From contig JAEHCO010000006.1 in NCBI GenBank assembly GCA_020697715.1, positions 13,941 to 77,940 of the forward strand: 64,000 bases of DNA, given 5' to 3'. Positions 47,761-58,863 of this stretch are shown here, piece by piece. The position numbers and the translations under genes are program-made. Under the pieces are notes generated by a model. The model saw nothing but the letters and a program-made list of their open reading frames with translations. It did no database searches and was not told the origin of the DNA. Within the stretch, counting starts at the first letter, position 1; every line of letters starts with the position of its first letter. Source of the DNA: Methanobacteriota archaeon (GTDB taxonomy: Archaea; Thermoplasmatota; Thermoplasmata; SG8-5; JAGLSY01).

Positions 47761-48273
47761 ATGGAATTTCAATATGAATATGCAGGAAAATCATATCCAG
47801 TGAACATGAAGCGCGATGGTGATCATTTTACCGCCACCATCGGTGAGAAGGAGTACAAGGTATCCTCCAAAGAGATCAAACCAGGCTTTTTCGTTCTCAA
47901 TATAGATGGAAAGCCAGTTAAGGTATCCATCGCATCAGAAGGGAACCAGCGCCACATATTCCATGCAGGCGCGGTTTACAGGTTCACCAGGCAGGAGGGT
48001 CGCAAGCGAGGCGGAGGGCAAGATGGGGAGATATCACCCGAGATAACATCGCCGATCTCTGGCAAGCTGGTGAAAGTGGATTCGTCGGGCGGACAGGAAG
48101 TGGAAGCAGGCCAGAGCCTGATGACCATCGAGGCCATGAAGATGGAGTATCAGATCAAGGCTCCTTACGATGGAAAGGTAGAGAATGTCAATTTCAAGGA
48201 GGGCGATCAAGTGGATATCGGGGTCGTTCTCATAGTCATGGAAAAGAAGGAAGAAGAGGTCAAGGAGGAGTGA
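47761..48273 (+). CDS. Biotin carboxyl carrier subunit (BT plus biotinyl domain)
   Basis: EAMKME biotinylation motif. Confidence 0.93.
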   Translation: MEFQYEYAGKSYPVNMKRDGDHFTATIGEKEYKVSSKEIKPGFFVLNIDGKPVKVSIASEGNQRHIFHAGAVYRFTRQEGRKRGGGQDGEISPEITSPISGKLVKVDSSGGQEVEAGQSLMTIEAMKMEYQIKAPYDGKVENVNFKEGDQVDIGVVLIVMEKKEEEVKEE

Positions 48274-48275
48274 AT

Positions 48276-49883
48276 ATGGATGCGATAGAGAGCCAGATCG
48301 ATGTTAATAATGAGGATTTCAAGGAGAATAAAGAGCATTATCTTCTAATGGTGGCTGACCTTAAAGAGAAGGTGGCATGGGCCAAGGCCGGTGGAGGAGA
48401 TAAGGTCATAGCCCTTCACAAGGAAAGAGGGAAGATGCTGGCCAGGGAGAGAATAGACGCCCTGGTGGACTCGGATACTCCTTTCCTGGAACTGAACCCG
48501 CTCGCGGGTCTGGGCATGTACGATAATAAAGCTCCGGGCGCTGGTATCGTGACTGGCATAGGAGCTGTCCATGGCAATGAGGTGATGATAATAGCCAATG
48601 ATGCCACCGTCAAAGGCGGCACTTACTTCCCCATGACCGTGAAGAAGCACATTCGCGCCCAGGATATAGCGATGGAGAACAATCTTCCATGTATCTATCT
48701 GGTAGATTCTGGAGGGGCTTTCCTTCCAATGCAGGATGAGGTGTTCCCGGATAGAGAGCACTTTGGCAGGATATTCTACAATCAAGCTCAGATGTCATCC
48801 AGGATGATACCACAGATCGCACTTGTCATGGGCTCATGTACCGCGGGCGGAGCTTATGTGCCCGCGATGTCTGATGAGACAGTAATTGTCAAGGGAACTG
48901 GCACTATCTTTTTGGGAGGACCACCTCTTGTCAAGGCCGCGACTGGTGAGGAGGTCAGCGCGGAGGACCTTGGAGGAGCTGACGTGCATTGCCGCCAGTC
49001 CGGTGTATCGGACCATTATGCCACCAGCGACGAGGAGGCACTGGCCATTGGCCGGAACATCATCGAGAATCTCAATCGGCCAAAAAAGACCTATTTGAAG
49101 ATCAAGAAACCTGAAGACCCCCTATATCCGATAGACGAGATATACGGCATAATATCAAAGGACTCGCGGAAGCCTTTCGAGGTCCGTGAGATAATAGCCA
49201 GGCTGGTCGATGGTAGTAAATTCCACGAGTTCAAGGAATTGTACGGAACCACCCTTGTCACGGGCTTCGCCCACATCATGGGTTATCCTGTCGGGATACT
49301 GGCCAATAATGGCGTGCTGTTCTCTGAGAGCGCCTTGAAGGGCACTCACTTCATCGAGCTTTGCTGCCAGCGTAAGATACCACTGGTCTTCCTCCAGAAC
49401 ATAACCGGCTTCATGATTGGCAGGGAATACGAGGCAAAGGGAATTGCAAAGGATGGTGCCAAGATGGTGGCCGCTGTCTCCAATGCCCAGGTCCCGAAGT
49501 TCACAGTTCTTATTGGAGGGTCATTCGGTGCTGGCAACTACGGAATGTGCGGACGCGCTTATGATCCGCGCCAACTCTGGATGTGGCCCAATGCCCGGAT
49601 CTCGGTCATGGGCGGCGAGCAGGCCGCTAATGTTCTTTCAACTGTCAAGAAGGACCAGTTGTTCAGAAAAGGAGTGGAAATGAGCGATGACGAGGTCGAT
49701 GAGCTCAAGAAGCCGATCCTGGAGAAGTACGAGATGGAAGGCAATCCCTACTACTCGAGTGCGAGGATATGGGATGACGGTATCATCGACCCAGTGCAGA
49801 CGAGATTGGTACTGGCACTTGGAATATCTGCTTCATTGAATGCGGATATACCTGAGGCTCCGTTCAGCCTTTATAGAATGTAG
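48276..49883 (+). CDS. Methylcrotonyl-CoA carboxylase beta (carboxyltransferase) subunit
   Basis: [42 protein letters not shown] and [12 protein letters not shown] motifs. Confidence 0.93.
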   Translation: MDAIESQIDVNNEDFKENKEHYLLMVADLKEKVAWAKAGGGDKVIALHKERGKMLARERIDALVDSDTPFLELNPLAGLGMYDNKAPGAGIVTGIGAVHGNEVMIIANDATVKGGTYFPMTVKKHIRAQDIAMENNLPCIYLVDSGGAFLPMQDEVFPDREHFGRIFYNQAQMSSRMIPQIALVMGSCTAGGAYVPAMSDETVIVKGTGTIFLGGPPLVKAATGEEVSAEDLGGADVHCRQSGVSDHYATSDEEALAIGRNIIENLNRPKKTYLKIKKPEDPLYPIDEIYGIISKDSRKPFEVREIIARLVDGSKFHEFKELYGTTLVTGFAHIMGYPVGILANNGVLFSESALKGTHFIELCCQRKIPLVFLQNITGFMIGREYEAKGIAKDGAKMVAAVSNAQVPKFTVLIGGSFGAGNYGMCGRAYDPRQLWMWPNARISVMGGEQAANVLSTVKKDQLFRKGVEMSDDEVDELKKPILEKYEMEGNPYYSSARIWDDGIIDPVQTRLVLALGISASLNADIPEAPFSLYRM

Positions 49884-49893
49884 AGAAATTAAT

Positions 49894-49923
49894 AAGCCAG
49901 CGTCATCTAAAGAACGCTGGCTT
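49894..49923. terminator. Hairpin between convergent genes
   Basis: AAGCCAGCGT/ACGCTGGCTT stem. Confidence 0.65.
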
Positions 49924-49933
49924 CCTTATTATT

Positions 49934-50911
49934 TTACAATACAGCGACGATCTTCTTCAGCACAGCCAGTCCTTTCTCTTCCGCATCCCTTGCAGCCTCA
50001 AGGTATTTGACTCCTTCCGCCCGATGCTCAGGGTCATTCAGCTGTTCCTGCTGCCTAGTGACGAAGGGATACAATTTGGCAAAGCATTCCATATTGTCTC
50101 TGACAGTTGAATAATGCTCGATGGCCTGGTCGAACAATTCCAAATGCTGGCCGACCTTGTCCTTGGCTTCGTACAGGAAGTCTACAGCGTACTTCCTGCA
50201 TTCGTGCCATACCTCCGCATTGTACCCGATACCATGGGCGTGTCCCTCATGATATTCCAAACTGCCATCCAGGAACTTCATCCACAAGTCATAGGCCTTG
50301 AGGCCAGATGCGTATTTCGGATACACAAAACCTTCAGGATTCTCCGCGAACCATAATGCCTTCTGGAAAGCATCCTTCACCACTTTTTCAGGAGGTGCAT
50401 GCTCCCCTGGGTGGATAGCGGTCACATCCAGAACTCCTATTTCAGTCTGCCCAAGTTCTTGCCAAGGAGCAGGGCCTTTTCCTCCCGGAGCCAGGCATCC
50501 ATTGTAGTAATATCCTGTTTCATCATAGCCATGTATGCAGTAGAACTCAGGTATTTCCAACTCCCAGCCATATACTGGTATGTTGGCATCCAGCTTCTTC
50601 TTCACGAAATCCCAAGCAGCCTTGGGAGCGTCCTCCCATTCGGTACATCCGCCCTTGCCTTCCTTGAAAGAAAGAACTCCATCTGTCTTGTATCCCAGAT
50701 TGGGGGCCAACTCGAACAACATCAATGCGCCCCAAGCTGTTGGACCGCTTGGGCATAATTCCTCATGAATGTTCATGACAAAAGCATGGCCAGTGCCACC
50801 GTATATCCATGGCAGGCTGATGCCCAGATCAAGGTAATCCGTACAACCCTTGATACATCCGATATGACTGGTCCACAAACTATGCCACTTGAAACCCTCT
50901 AATTCCTTCAT
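49934..50911 (-). CDS. Hypothetical protein, possible BtrH/papain-like fold
   Basis: N-terminal SHIGC..., GTGHAF, IHGYDETGYYY; helical C-terminal domain. Confidence 0.5.
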   Translation of the reverse strand: MKELEGFKWHSLWTSHIGCIKGCTDYLDLGISLPWIYGGTGHAFVMNIHEELCPSGPTAWGALMLFELAPNLGYKTDGVLSFKEGKGGCTEWEDAPKAAWDFVKKKLDANIPVYGWELEIPEFYCIHGYDETGYYYNGCLAPGGKGPAPWQELGQTEIGVLDVTAIHPGEHAPPEKVVKDAFQKALWFAENPEGFVYPKYASGLKAYDLWMKFLDGSLEYHEGHAHGIGYNAEVWHECRKYAVDFLYEAKDKVGQHLELFDQAIEHYSTVRDNMECFAKLYPFVTRQQEQLNDPEHRAEGVKYLEAARDAEEKGLAVLKKIVAVL

Positions 50912-51000
50912 CTCTTTCACCAATAACATCATTGTATAAGGAGTATAAAAACATGTACAAGAGTGAGGTGAAAATATTATTCAAGATCTGAATAGGTTCG

Positions 51001-53856
51001 TCAGGGCACCCACATAATATCATTTGCCACATTCACCCAGTAGGCTTCGCCTTTTGCCAGGACATATGAGTCTGGAAGCTCCGACAATCCATATTCCGCC
51101 GAGGAGTTAAAGCCCTCGACTATCATGGCTCCAGTGTCTGCCTTCATATCCGCAATTGTATATGCGCTATCATCGTCCACGGGATAGCCCACCATGTTCC
51201 AGCCAGCATGCATCTGTACTCTGACATTGATAGAAGGTGTGCCATACACCGTGAGGATCGTGTTAGTCGTTGCATTAAGCCAGAAGCCCATGGTGATGTC
51301 TATGTTAGATGTGTCTTGAGGCAAACCAGCCGCGGCCTGTGCTATATCATATATTTTCCAATGATCTGAAATATTTGATGCATCATAATACTGGATAATA
51401 TTCCAATCACCATCGATGGTGGAAAGTGTTGTCTGGATGGATGTATCTGGTCTCACCAATGGAATTGATATGAAGTTCCAACCAGGAGACAATGAGATAT
51501 CAAATGATCCCGGATGCGTATGATTCCAGGGCATCATGAGAGGATAACTATCCTCCGCCATGGTGGAGATAGGAATGTAATCTATCCATCCATGAATGTA
51601 TGATGGATTATCCCACCATCCATTTGGATAATACTCGGGGTTCAGGGTCACTTCTCCCGTGGCATAATCCAGGAAATAATCATCCCAGCCTCCAGTTCCC
51701 ACCTCATCCATATTCCACCAGTCCCATGGGTCTGAAGCGAATTCATTCTCATCAGCGAATAAGGTACAATCAATTATATTGGTATATCCTAAATTGAAGG
51801 ATGTCTGAAACTCTACCATTGGGCCATATACTGTTTCATTTACCAGAGATATAATGGTCCCGTGGTCAAGAATGGTGATATATGGAGTGTCAGATATCCA
51901 ATCCATACCAGGTTCTGTCTGATCAGGTCCTGAAAATTCATCCACTCCCACATGATCATCCCAGTAATTGCCACCAGATGGATAGCCATTGTCCCATGAA
52001 TTATTCAGATCATCAAGTGCATTGAATGTGTTATCAATGAAATTATTGTGATATATCGTATTGTTCACACTTCCATTAGCACATACTCCAATGTAGTTCA
52101 TTGTCAGTTCATTGTTCCATACAAGGCAATCCTGCACATTTGATAATTTGATGCCAGCATCCATCATCGCCTGACCGCTGTTTGTGATACTGAAGCCATT
52201 GATCTCTGAGCCATTGGCTGATAATGTAACAATGGTTCCCCCACCACGTCCATCTATCGCGGTCATGTCCATTCCCGCACCACTGATATTCACACCCTGG
52301 TCATCTACAGGATGCTCGAAATATGTTCCAGAAGATACGGAAATACTGTCTCCAGGATCAGCATTGTCTATACCTCTTTGGATGGTGAAATGGTAGGAGG
52401 AGTTATCAATATTATGAACCAGGGGCGCATTGACATAAAGATTGCCAGGGTTGCCCTGGGGGGCATCCATAGATGCCGGTGATATATAATCTGGAAGATG
52501 GGGGTCATAACCATCATCATATCTCTCCAATTCAAACGATGAGACAGTTCCCCGTATGCCCATCCAAGAAGTGTCACTCAAGTAAAAGGAAAATATGCCA
52601 GCACCCGTATTGTATTGTGCCTCAAATTCAGTCAGATCAAGGCACATGAACTCGGGGAATTGCCGATCATTCATCCAGTAATTGTAACTATAGAATGGAT
52701 CTTTTAACTGCACTATGTCCATACCATCCAGTAATCCTAAGATTATGTTTCCGCATATTGTTGGAGATTCAGAGAATTCCCAAGTCGCCAGTATTTTTGG
52801 TTCATAATCTGGTTTGTCCTCAAGATAGGTCAGGTAAAGGCATTCTATATCCCCTATCTCCTTGAAGGCATCGTAAGTGATCCAGTAATAACCATCATCA
52901 CCAAAACCCGCGCCCCAAGAATTGACGACCCTGAATGCTCCAACTTCTCCATCATCTGTTATGGAATCATCATATCCGACTATTGTCTGGACATGATTGA
53001 TGGTATCGGATTCATATTCGAAAGCAGATAGGATGTAATCAGTGCCCCAATCATATTTATCAGCATCTATACAGAAGGTCACTGGCACACTGCCCGAAAC
53101 AATGCTTTTCACGGTTTCCACAGTGGGATCCCCAGAATAAGGAATGAAATAACCCTCTTTGATCCTGTGAAGGGGCGCGTCCCTGTAGGCTTCCTCATTT
53201 CCCCATGTGGAATCGTCGTGAGGGACATAAGGGCGAAGTGCCATATTTGGAACTCCCCAATCCTTTATCACGTCTACATTATCGCATTCCCAAGAACCTC
53301 CATCTATCCCTTCATTGACTATATTGTATGTCCAGCCAGGGCTCATCAGATGTTCTGGATTACCAGTTGAAGCATCGGTCCAATTATTGTCCTTGGCCTC
53401 GAGATATCCGTATGTGTAATAGGTAATGGCCCAGGCAGTGCAGGAACCCTGTGCAAACTGATTCCCCACTATTGGGAAATATGGTGAAGTAGAGAAGTCG
53501 CAGGACGATGGCAATTCTGCATTGACATCATTTATTCCCAATACCATGGGCTTGTCCATCATTCGCTCCCATCCTTCTTCAGTAGGGGGCGCGCGGCCAG
53601 TCCCATTATCTCCGATCATGACATTGTAATTCGTATCAGGATCACGAACACCGATGGTGGCTTTCAATTTGCTAATATCATCCTGATCCATGAAAGCCAT
53701 ATCATATGCAACACCATTCTGATTGAGAATGAAGGTCTCTGGATTGGCATCCGGGACGATACCTGGCTCAGTCATCGCAGTCAGTTCACCCACAAAGCCA
53801 ATGATACTGGCACTTATCATAACGAACACTAAAATAAATGATATTCCTTTTTTCAT
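51001..53856 (-). CDS. Secreted C1A papain-family cysteine protease with beta-helix/NosD and C-terminal GWN repeats
   Basis: NQFAQGSCTAW (catalytic Cys), NHVQTIVGYDD (His), VVNSWG (Asn); signal peptide; GGNYWDD. Confidence 0.9.
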   Translation of the reverse strand: MKKGISFILVFVMISASIIGFVGELTAMTEPGIVPDANPETFILNQNGVAYDMAFMDQDDISKLKATIGVRDPDTNYNVMIGDNGTGRAPPTEEGWERMMDKPMVLGINDVNAELPSSCDFSTSPYFPIVGNQFAQGSCTAWAITYYTYGYLEAKDNNWTDASTGNPEHLMSPGWTYNIVNEGIDGGSWECDNVDVIKDWGVPNMALRPYVPHDDSTWGNEEAYRDAPLHRIKEGYFIPYSGDPTVETVKSIVSGSVPVTFCIDADKYDWGTDYILSAFEYESDTINHVQTIVGYDDSITDDGEVGAFRVVNSWGAGFGDDGYYWITYDAFKEIGDIECLYLTYLEDKPDYEPKILATWEFSESPTICGNIILGLLDGMDIVQLKDPFYSYNYWMNDRQFPEFMCLDLTEFEAQYNTGAGIFSFYLSDTSWMGIRGTVSSFELERYDDGYDPHLPDYISPASMDAPQGNPGNLYVNAPLVHNIDNSSYHFTIQRGIDNADPGDSISVSSGTYFEHPVDDQGVNISGAGMDMTAIDGRGGGTIVTLSANGSEINGFSITNSGQAMMDAGIKLSNVQDCLVWNNELTMNYIGVCANGSVNNTIYHNNFIDNTFNALDDLNNSWDNGYPSGGNYWDDHVGVDEFSGPDQTEPGMDWISDTPYITILDHGTIISLVNETVYGPMVEFQTSFNLGYTNIIDCTLFADENEFASDPWDWWNMDEVGTGGWDDYFLDYATGEVTLNPEYYPNGWWDNPSYIHGWIDYIPISTMAEDSYPLMMPWNHTHPGSFDISLSPGWNFISIPLVRPDTSIQTTLSTIDGDWNIIQYYDASNISDHWKIYDIAQAAAGLPQDTSNIDITMGFWLNATTNTILTVYGTPSINVRVQMHAGWNMVGYPVDDDSAYTIADMKADTGAMIVEGFNSSAEYGLSELPDSYVLAKGEAYWVNVANDIMWVP

Positions 53857-54027
53857 CTTCTCATCTCCCATATAATTAAAAAAATACAATTTCCATATAT
53901 AATCATATGTGACAGATACCCTACTTATACACCATAATGATCGACAAAAAAGGAATATTAGGTTACAAAATTAGCAAATATCTTTTTAGGTATATGCGCC
54001 ATATCTTCCAGCATAGGAAGGAAGGAT

Positions 54028-54255
54028 ATGGATAAATTGGTCATTCAGATAATTTGGACAACAGCCTGGCTGATCATATTCCTGGGCGAGTTATTGTATC
54101 TGCTCATCAATGAGATCTATGACACTGGCACCTTCGTGATAATGATTCTGTTCCTCATTTGCATAGTCGGGGAATTCCTATTGTTCAGGAAGTATGGCCA
54201 GAATAATGTTGAGGAAGAGACCCTTCTTATAGACCGTGGCATGGAAAAGAAATAG
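54028..54255 (+). CDS. Small two-TM hypothetical protein
   Basis: 75-aa hydrophobic ORF with GGAAGGAAGG upstream. Confidence 0.55.
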   Translation: MDKLVIQIIWTTAWLIIFLGELLYLLINEIYDTGTFVIMILFLICIVGEFLLFRKYGQNNVEEETLLIDRGMEKK

Positions 54256-54257
54256 GA

Positions 54258-54977
54258 TCATTCTAGAATAACAGGCAGGTCTGGCTCGTCCAACACCACG
54301 CCTTTTGCCTTTGGATCATAATGCAGTGAAAAGGCCCGTATCTCTACTCCGAATTTTTTTGCTTTTCTAAGAAGAATGGATATCTGTGGGTCTCCCTCAT
54401 CATATGGGATGAAACCCCGAACATTGGGAAGGCCAGCGGCAAAGCATATGAAGGCCTTGCCTCCCTTCTTTTCATGCTCAGTTAACTCCCTAATATGGCG
54501 CTGTCCCCTCTCTGTTGGGCAATCAGGGTATGAAGCCAGGTCCCCAACTCGAAGGACCGCGCTTTTCACTTCGAGGAGGGCTGTAACACCATCATCGTTT
54601 TGTAGCAGATAATCGGTCTTCCCATTGCCAAGCTTGGGCTCCTTTGCCTTTATCTCCCATCCATCCAGCCAGGGAATGAGAGAGCGGTTTACCGCGCTCT
54701 CATAGCTCCGCATCTGGTATTGTGTATCGATCAATGCACCCATACCATCCTGCTCGGCTATCGCGAATAATCGATAGCCAGTACTTTTTCCTCCATGTGG
54801 GTGGCAGTAAGCCCGCATGCCCTCGACCATGAACTCGGAAAGGCGGCCAGTATTGTTGATCCAGGCCCTTTCCTCCTTGCCATCAATCTCAACAATGACC
54901 ACGAAGCGGTTCAGCTTCCTGACGATCCTGCAAGGTATGGGATCGTCTATCTTTTTCAGAATTGGCTTGGAAGGCAT
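54258..54977 (-). CDS. sfsA: SfsA-family nuclease (sugar fermentation stimulation protein)
   Basis: NRF, NTGRL, DYLL, EVKS and PDCPTERGQRHIREL motifs. Confidence 0.9.
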   Translation of the reverse strand: MPSKPILKKIDDPIPCRIVRKLNRFVVIVEIDGKEERAWINNTGRLSEFMVEGMRAYCHPHGGKSTGYRLFAIAEQDGMGALIDTQYQMRSYESAVNRSLIPWLDGWEIKAKEPKLGNGKTDYLLQNDDGVTALLEVKSAVLRVGDLASYPDCPTERGQRHIRELTEHEKKGGKAFICFAAGLPNVRGFIPYDEGDPQISILLRKAKKFGVEIRAFSLHYDPKAKGVVLDEPDLPVILE

Positions 54978-54981
54978 AATT

Positions 54982-55566
54982 TCACTCACTATCTGATGGG
55001 AAGGTGATGGCGATGGTACAAACATCATCGCCATTCAAGATACTGGCTAGAACCTCAACGTCCACTGGGCTTTGAGTAATTTCCTCCCATAGGAATTTGT
55101 AGAAGCCAGCACCGCAGTAGCAGTAGATCGGTGGCACGGTCTCTCCCTTGCTAAGAGCATCCCTCACGGTCGGGCAGTGGCAGTATAATTCTCTTCTTCT
55201 TTCGGGATCTGGCTCAGCCAGATATTTCAATAAATTACCGCTCTTCGGTATCTTGGTCGCCAATATCCTGTCCCCGTCGATGATCCCCGCAGACCCCCAG
55301 CCCTTGGAAACGATCTCCTTCATCTGGCCAGGGTTCAGTCCAATGTCTGCCCTGAGGAAGTCCTCAAATTTATCCTGAAGCATCTTATGGGGAACTTCGA
55401 TGGAGCCGGTCTCCTCGAATGCCTTTTTCATTGGCTGGAGGTCTTCCTTCGGGTACTGGCAAGCACGGCCTATCATGATCTTCTTGATGGCATCCTCATC
55501 CAATTCTTTGTCTGAGCTGATTATCTCCAGAATATCGCCCTGTTCATTATCTGACAAGGTTATCAC
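54982..55566 (-). CDS. Cys-rich V4R-like ligand-binding protein (DUF6144-like)
   Basis: RAC, YCHCP, YCYCGAG and SILNGDDVC cysteine pattern. Confidence 0.6.
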   Translation of the reverse strand: MITLSDNEQGDILEIISSDKELDEDAIKKIMIGRACQYPKEDLQPMKKAFEETGSIEVPHKMLQDKFEDFLRADIGLNPGQMKEIVSKGWGSAGIIDGDRILATKIPKSGNLLKYLAEPDPERRRELYCHCPTVRDALSKGETVPPIYCYCGAGFYKFLWEEITQSPVDVEVLASILNGDDVCTIAITFPSDSE

Positions 55567-56342
55567 TCCTCTGCTTCATTCAGCAATACATCCAGTGCGG
55601 CCTTGTAGAGTATCTCAAGGCCTTTTTTTGTTTCATCTGAGTGAAATTCAGGCTTCCATACAAGATCGGCTAGACTGTCGCTTATCGTTAGTATGGCTCC
55701 AATTGGAACATTACGGTATTCGGCGACTGCAAAGAGGGCGGATGCCTCCATTTCCACGGTCAAAATGCCTTCCTTCTGGTATTGCTTCACTTCGGCAATT
55801 GTCTCACGGTAGATCGCATCAGTTGTCCAGCTAGTGCCAGTGAGATATTTCTGACCTTGCCTGTCCAATGAGTCCTTGATCTTCCGGGTCATGTCCTCGG
55901 AAGCATGGGCGTATTTTGAATTTGGCAGATAATGATGTGAAGTACCTTCATCCCGGATGGCTCGGTCACAGACCACGATATCCCCGATATCGAGATCATT
56001 TTGAAGTGAGCCAGCAGATCCAATGGATATGAACTTCCTAACACCAAAGCCTATCAATTCCTCGAGCACCCCAACGGCTACTGGAGCTCCGACCCCGAAT
56101 TTTCCTATCACCCCGACCTTTCCCCTGGTCTCATCCAGGAGATATAGACCTCCAAATCTTTTGGTGTCAGTGGTCTCATGGTTTTCCAGAATATGATCCA
56201 TAAGACTGTGCTGGTAGCAGAATATGACACTCTCTGGAGGCTCGAAAATGAGCCTGTTCCTGGTCGTAGCATATTTTATGAAATCATCTGGGTTGAACAA
56301 TGCTGTTTCGGAATGCTTGTTCTCGAAGTTGGGGAATGGCAT
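55563..56342 (-). CDS. Nucleoside phosphorylase (PNP/UDP family 1)
   Basis: GVGAP, IGSAG, AIRDEGTSHHY, WTTDAIYRET, VEMEASA and ISD motifs. Confidence 0.9.
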   Translation of the reverse strand: MPFPNFENKHSETALFNPDDFIKYATTRNRLIFEPPESVIFCYQHSLMDHILENHETTDTKRFGGLYLLDETRGKVGVIGKFGVGAPVAVGVLEELIGFGVRKFISIGSAGSLQNDLDIGDIVVCDRAIRDEGTSHHYLPNSKYAHASEDMTRKIKDSLDRQGQKYLTGTSWTTDAIYRETIAEVKQYQKEGILTVEMEASALFAVAEYRNVPIGAILTISDSLADLVWKPEFHSDETKKGLEILYKAALDVLLNEAEE

Positions 56343-56350
56343 AAAGAGCC

Positions 56351-58036
56351 TCAAAGCTTGGATTCCACAACTGCTAGAATATCTTTCAGCAGAGCATCTC
56401 CCTCCGCTGCCAGATCGTCACATTTCTTCAGCATATCCACCTTGTAAACCTCATCGGTGACTTCCGGCATATTGATCTTCACATTGAGTATCGCGCCGTG
56501 CATACCGGCATTGGCCATTAGAGCTCCGACACCCACATCACTCGCACTGGCTGCCAATCCCTTCGGCGCCAATTGTTTGGCCAGTCTCAGAACATCCAGG
56601 CACTTCGCGGCCACACTATAAGGCACGTCGATAGCTCCCTTGTATGCTTCCAGAATAGCAGCTTTCTTCGCTGCTTCTTCCTCCGGGGTGCTGGCCTTTA
56701 TCTTATTGGCCTCGACCACGCCATTGAATGCATTGGTATCCGCATCTACTCCATTAACAAGGAACGCTTTCAAGCTCTCGCCTGTCTCGCCTATCTGGCA
56801 AATTTCCGGATATATCTCCAGGAAATCCTTTCCACCACTGAGATTGGAGACCATCGCGACAAGGCCAGCTCCCAGTGCTCCACCCAGAGAGGCAACACTT
56901 CCACCACCAGGTGCCATGGAATCTGTCTGGACCTCGTCCACGAAATCAGTGACTGTCATATCCACCAGACCGCATTTCTCGGCCAGGACATAATCAACAA
57001 CTCTCTCTTCAAGAGGGAAAGGAGCTATGTCAGCCAGACCCATGGAGAAAGCTGCTATCTCGACAAGCTCGCGCTCTGGCAGACCAGTTGGCTTTCCCAT
57101 TTTCTTCAGATAGTGTTTGCCTGCAGCGACCATGGCCGCTTTTGGAACAAGCCCAACTATCTCGGAGCCAGTCACTTGAAGCCCGCGGTCAAGGGCGGCC
57201 TTGACCACATAATCATAGACATCGTGGACCGCTGTCTCTTTGTAATTTGTAAGATTTATCGATATCTGAGCTCTGCCATATTCCGGAATATACCAGCCAA
57301 TGGCCTTGCAGAATTTGAAAGCACCAGGAATAGTGGTCTTTTTACCATTCTCATCCTTGATGATATCCCCGTCTCTCTTGTACTTGGTCGGGGAAGGTGT
57401 TCGAGCCACCCTGCCCTTTTCACGGATATCACTCGCGATATCAAAGGCCAGCTTCTTATCCTTGGTATTGAGATTGATATTGTAAGCAATGAGGAATTCT
57501 CTCGCACTCATGGCTGTGGCTCCGCACTTTGGCTTGAATTCTTTCGGGCCAAAGTCAGGTGTGTATTCCGGTGTCTGGAATTTTCTTTCGAGAGCCTCAT
57601 ACTCGCCCTCTCGTACATTTGCCAGATTCCTCCATTCTGGCCTTGTGGCACTTTCCTCATACAGGAAGATCGGAATACCAAGCTCGTCTCCAACACGCTT
57701 TCCAACCTTCTTGGAAATTTCAACACAATCATCCATTGTCACCCCACTCACAGGAATGAATGGACATACATCGGTCGCGCCCATTCTTGGATGCGCGCCA
57801 CTGTGCTGGCTCATATCAATTAGTTCAGCCGCTTTCTTTATGGCCAAGAAAGCGGATTCCTGCACGCTTTCTGGATTTCCAAAGAAAGTGACCACGGTAC
57901 GGTTGGTATCGGCTCCCATGTCCACATCGACAACCAAGCTACCTTCCACACTATTGATCTCGGCCACTATCTGGTCCAAGACGCCTTTATCTCGCCCCTC
58001 ACTGAAATTCGGTACACACTCTATGATCTTCTGCAT
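56351..58036 (-). CDS. ftcd: Bifunctional glutamate formimidoyltransferase/cyclodeaminase
   Basis: IECVPNFSEGRD, HPRMGATDVCPF; C-terminal APGGGSVA and DADTNAF. Confidence 0.95.
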   Translation of the reverse strand: MQKIIECVPNFSEGRDKGVLDQIVAEINSVEGSLVVDVDMGADTNRTVVTFFGNPESVQESAFLAIKKAAELIDMSQHSGAHPRMGATDVCPFIPVSGVTMDDCVEISKKVGKRVGDELGIPIFLYEESATRPEWRNLANVREGEYEALERKFQTPEYTPDFGPKEFKPKCGATAMSAREFLIAYNINLNTKDKKLAFDIASDIREKGRVARTPSPTKYKRDGDIIKDENGKKTTIPGAFKFCKAIGWYIPEYGRAQISINLTNYKETAVHDVYDYVVKAALDRGLQVTGSEIVGLVPKAAMVAAGKHYLKKMGKPTGLPERELVEIAAFSMGLADIAPFPLEERVVDYVLAEKCGLVDMTVTDFVDEVQTDSMAPGGGSVASLGGALGAGLVAMVSNLSGGKDFLEIYPEICQIGETGESLKAFLVNGVDADTNAFNGVVEANKIKASTPEEEAAKKAAILEAYKGAIDVPYSVAAKCLDVLRLAKQLAPKGLAASASDVGVGALMANAGMHGAILNVKINMPEVTDEVYKVDMLKKCDDLAAEGDALLKDILAVVESKL

Positions 58037-58261
58037 CAAATCACCTTGGAATCCGGTAATCCAATAATCGATATAAGCCTATCGTGAATATTGAAGATAT
58101 GAGCTTTAAAGAATAATATATAAGAATTACATTATTGCAAAACTAATATATATGCAACCTGTATTGGGCGAATGCTCAGAATGAGCCGATGAATAATGAT
58201 CCGTAGACAGCCAGACATTATCAAAGGTCGTGGTTCGATGCGGGGAATGAGGTGATTAATA

Positions 58262-58627
58262 ATGCCGATGTATGTAAGATATGAAACACCAAAAGAGCTA
58301 GCAGATAAGATATTCCAGTTGGTAGAACTGGCCCGCGACACAGGTAAGGTCAAGAAAGGAAGCAATGAAGTGACCAAGCTTGTAGAGAAGGGAACCGCCA
58401 ACTTTGTTGTAATGGCCGAAGATGTGACCCCGGAAGAGATACTGGCTCACATGCCTTTGCTATGTGCGGAAAAGAATGTACCATTCGGATACGTTCCAAG
58501 CAAGCAGGAACTGGGAGTTGCCTGCGGTCTGGAGAAACCAACCGCATCCGTGGCTATCACAAGTGTAGGAAAAGGAAAGGCACTTCTTGAGGAAGTGACA
58601 AAGTCCCTGACCGATCTGAACAAGTAA
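58262..58627 (+). CDS. rpl7ae: 50S ribosomal protein L7Ae
   Basis: GKVKKGSNEVTK, AEDVTPEEILAH and SKQELG motifs. Confidence 0.97.
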   Translation: MPMYVRYETPKELADKIFQLVELARDTGKVKKGSNEVTKLVEKGTANFVVMAEDVTPEEILAHMPLLCAEKNVPFGYVPSKQELGVACGLEKPTASVAITSVGKGKALLEEVTKSLTDLNK

Positions 58628-58642
58628 TAAGGTGGCAGTCAA

Positions 58643-58855
58643 ATGACTACTTTGAATGGAATTCCTGCAGAGATCGTCGAGGTCGTTGGCCGCACTGGGA
58701 TGACTGGAGAGGCATCACAGGTCAAGGTCAGAGTTCTCGATGGTAGAGATAAAGGCAGGATAATAACCAGGAATGTAATGGGTCCGGTCCAGATCGGTGA
58801 TATTCTCTTACTAAGGGAAACACAGAGAGAGGCCAGAAAACTCAGCATGAGGTAG
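58643..58855 (+). CDS. rps28e: 30S ribosomal protein S28e
   Basis: [15 protein letters not shown] and RNVMGPV..GDIL.L.ET.REAR motifs. Confidence 0.97.
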   Translation: MTTLNGIPAEIVEVVGRTGMTGEASQVKVRVLDGRDKGRIITRNVMGPVQIGDILLLRETQREARKLSMR

Positions 58856-58863
58856 GTGAGCGA

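Noticed and set aside
56573-57823. 416-aa + strand ORF
   Set aside because: Antisense shadow of ftcd with no recognisable motifs; the same applies to the other antisense ORFs in the track
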